Below are positions 62,090 to 64,000 of a DNA stretch of 64,000 bases, piece after piece. Numbering within the stretch: the first letter of the stretch is position 1; each line of letters opens with the position of its first letter. Source of the DNA: Chara braunii (Eukaryota; Plantae; Charophyceae). The DNA lies in the NCBI GenBank assembly GCA_003427395.1, contig BFEA01000032.1, forward strand, positions 322,733 through 386,732, given 5' to 3'. A program made the position numbers and the translations under genes. The notes beneath the pieces were generated by a model, which was given only the letters and a program-made list of their open reading frames with translations, searched no databases and was not told the origin of the DNA.

Positions 62090-64000
62090 TTGGGCTGCCC
62101 AACAGTCAAAAGGCAGCCGCCAGTAGGGGTTGCAACTGCCCCTACTTTAAGGTCATGTGGAGAAGTGAGCGTGTGCGAACAGGTCACTCGCAACCCACAT
62201 GAGCCTGTGGCAGAGGTTGCAGGCCCGTGCCTAGCTAGCTGTCTAGAGACTGCTTGTGTTAGCGTTTTTTTAGGCACGTCCCCCACAGGTGTGGCGGAAG
62301 AATTAAAGGAGAGGATGCCAGCCTGGGCCAAAATGAAAAAAGAGAGTAAAGGACAGCTGATTCTGGTAGATGTAGAAGTTTTCAGGAGTAGAGGAGGGAC
62401 CCTTATAGATTCAGGGGCCACTCGCAGTTACATTGGCCATAGAGCGCTGAAAAAGTTGCAGCTAGGATTAAAAGTCCAGAAATTGGTAGACCCCATAGTC
62501 AATGTCCTCGCAGACAACCGCACAATGCGTGTTGAGGACTATGTAGAGGGAGTCCCGACATACTTTCACCTAGAGAAGGATGGGAAGGTAGAAAAAGTTC
62601 TTCATTCCCTGACTCTCCTCGTACAGGATGACCTTCCTTTTGATGTAGTACTAGGAATGGATTGGGGAGAGGCAGCAGGGGCCACACTCCATTTCAGAGA
62701 GAATGAGTGTAGGCTCCCTAGTCCATCAGGCGAGGTTAAGACCGCCCGCCTGTTTCATGTGTCAGGTGTAGAAAATACATTGGCACACTGCTGTCTCAGT
62801 GCTCCCGCGTTCGCGCGACTAGTGAAAAAGGAGCAGTTAGAGGACCAGGTCTTTTTAGTTTATGTTAGACCTGTCACTGAGGCCAAGGAGTAAGATAGCT
62901 CCATAGATCCAACGATTGCCAAGTTGCTGGAAGAATTCAAAGATTTGACTAAGTCCCCGACATGAGTAGTGCCGCGACCGATCCAGCACAGGATAGAGGT
63001 AGAGCCTTGCAGTAAAACTCCTAAGGGCGCAGTTTACAGGATGTCTCCTAGAGAGTTAGAGGAGCTTCACAAACAGTTAGACGAACTCCTCGAGAAATGT
63101 TGGATCAGGCCCAGTTCGTCTCCTTTTGGAGCACCTGTCCTGTTTGTCCCCAAAAAGGAAGGAGAGCTGAAAATGTGTATAGACTACACGGGTTTGAATG
63201 CGATTACTGTGAAGAATGTTGAACCGCTGTCCAGGATAGACGATCTCTTAGATCGGGTGCAGGGTTGTAATTATTTCTCCAAGATAGATTTGAAGTCCGG
63301 ATACCATCAGATAGAAGTTCATCCTGATAATCAGTACAAGACTGCATTCCGGACTAGATATGGGCACTATGAATTCATAGTGATGCCCTTTGGTCTAACC
63401 AATGCGCCAACTACTTTTCAACGTTGTATGAATGATTTGCTTAGACCATAGTTAGACAAGTTCGTAGTAGTTTATTTAGATGATATCTTAGTTTTGAGTA
63501 AGACCCTCCAGGAGCACCAGGGTCATTTAAGGCAGGTCTTGGAGAAGCTTAGAGAGGCTAACTTCAAGATCAACGTGAAGAAGTGCGAGTGGGTCAAGAC
63601 ACAAGTCTTGTACTTGGGATACGTATTGGACGGAAATGGCATTAAGCCAGAGGACAGCAAGATCGCGACGATTAGAGATTGGCCGACGCCCCGCACATTG
63701 ACAGAGTTGCGGTCGTTCCTAGGCCTAGCTAACTACGACAGAAAGTTCGTGAGGAACTTCTCCACTATCGCCGCTCCCTTGCGCAGGTTGCTTAAGAAAG
63801 AGGCAATCTGGCAATGGGACAAAAATTGTACGTATGCGCTAAAGAGATTGAAGCGCGCACTGATAGAGTACCCTGTCCTCAAAGTAGTTGATCCGTCCTT
63901 GCCATTTGTCGTCACCACGGGCGCAAGTCAATATGGGATAGGCGCCGTCTTGCAGCAGGATGACGGCCATGGCTACAGACCCGTAGAGTTCATGTCCACG
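62090..64000 (+). pseudogene. gypsy pol (protease, RT, start of RNase H)
   Basis: DSG protease motif and RT motifs; stops at 62891 and 63449 among others. Confidence 0.9.

Larger units (their letters stand above)
59183..64000 (+). mobile_element. Ty3/gypsy LTR retrotransposon, decayed, runs off the window
   Basis: Order is gag (KLKFPDVYGG..W), knuckle CVFCGDPAHVIKFC, protease LIDSGAT, RT ([29 protein letters not shown] at ~63473), then the RNase H start. Many in-frame stops. Confidence 0.93.

Overview
Repeat-rich eukaryotic nuclear DNA from a draft assembly (four N-gaps plus a lone N). It is most likely a charophyte green alga such as Chara. This is inferred from the organelle gene set (ccmB, rpl5-rps14, an intron-containing ycf3), mitochondrial fragments that read correctly without RNA editing, and the transposon families. 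Contents: (1) a 2.2-kb patchwork of at least nine plastid and mitochondrial fragments (rrn23, intron RT, ccmB, group I intron, psbB, ycf3, ndhH, nad4, rpl5-rps14), stitched by microhomologies into one unit of a GA-rich repeat that may lie in an intron; (2) a 4-kb polyglutamine terminal exon; (3) an older nad5 NUMT; (4) a divergent pair of degenerate hammerhead-ribozyme-bearing repeats resembling Penelope pLTRs; (5) a near full-length ~10-kb L1-clade LINE with an unusually long Q-rich ORF1, plus four other L1 remnants, one with a fold-back rearrangement; (6) a hAT-type MITE and other foldback elements; (7) two head-to-head tRNA-derived SINE-like heads; (8) the 5' half of a decayed Ty3/gypsy LTR element. 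No intact, recognisable host enzyme gene is present. All identifications are by eye from remembered family motifs; no database search was run.
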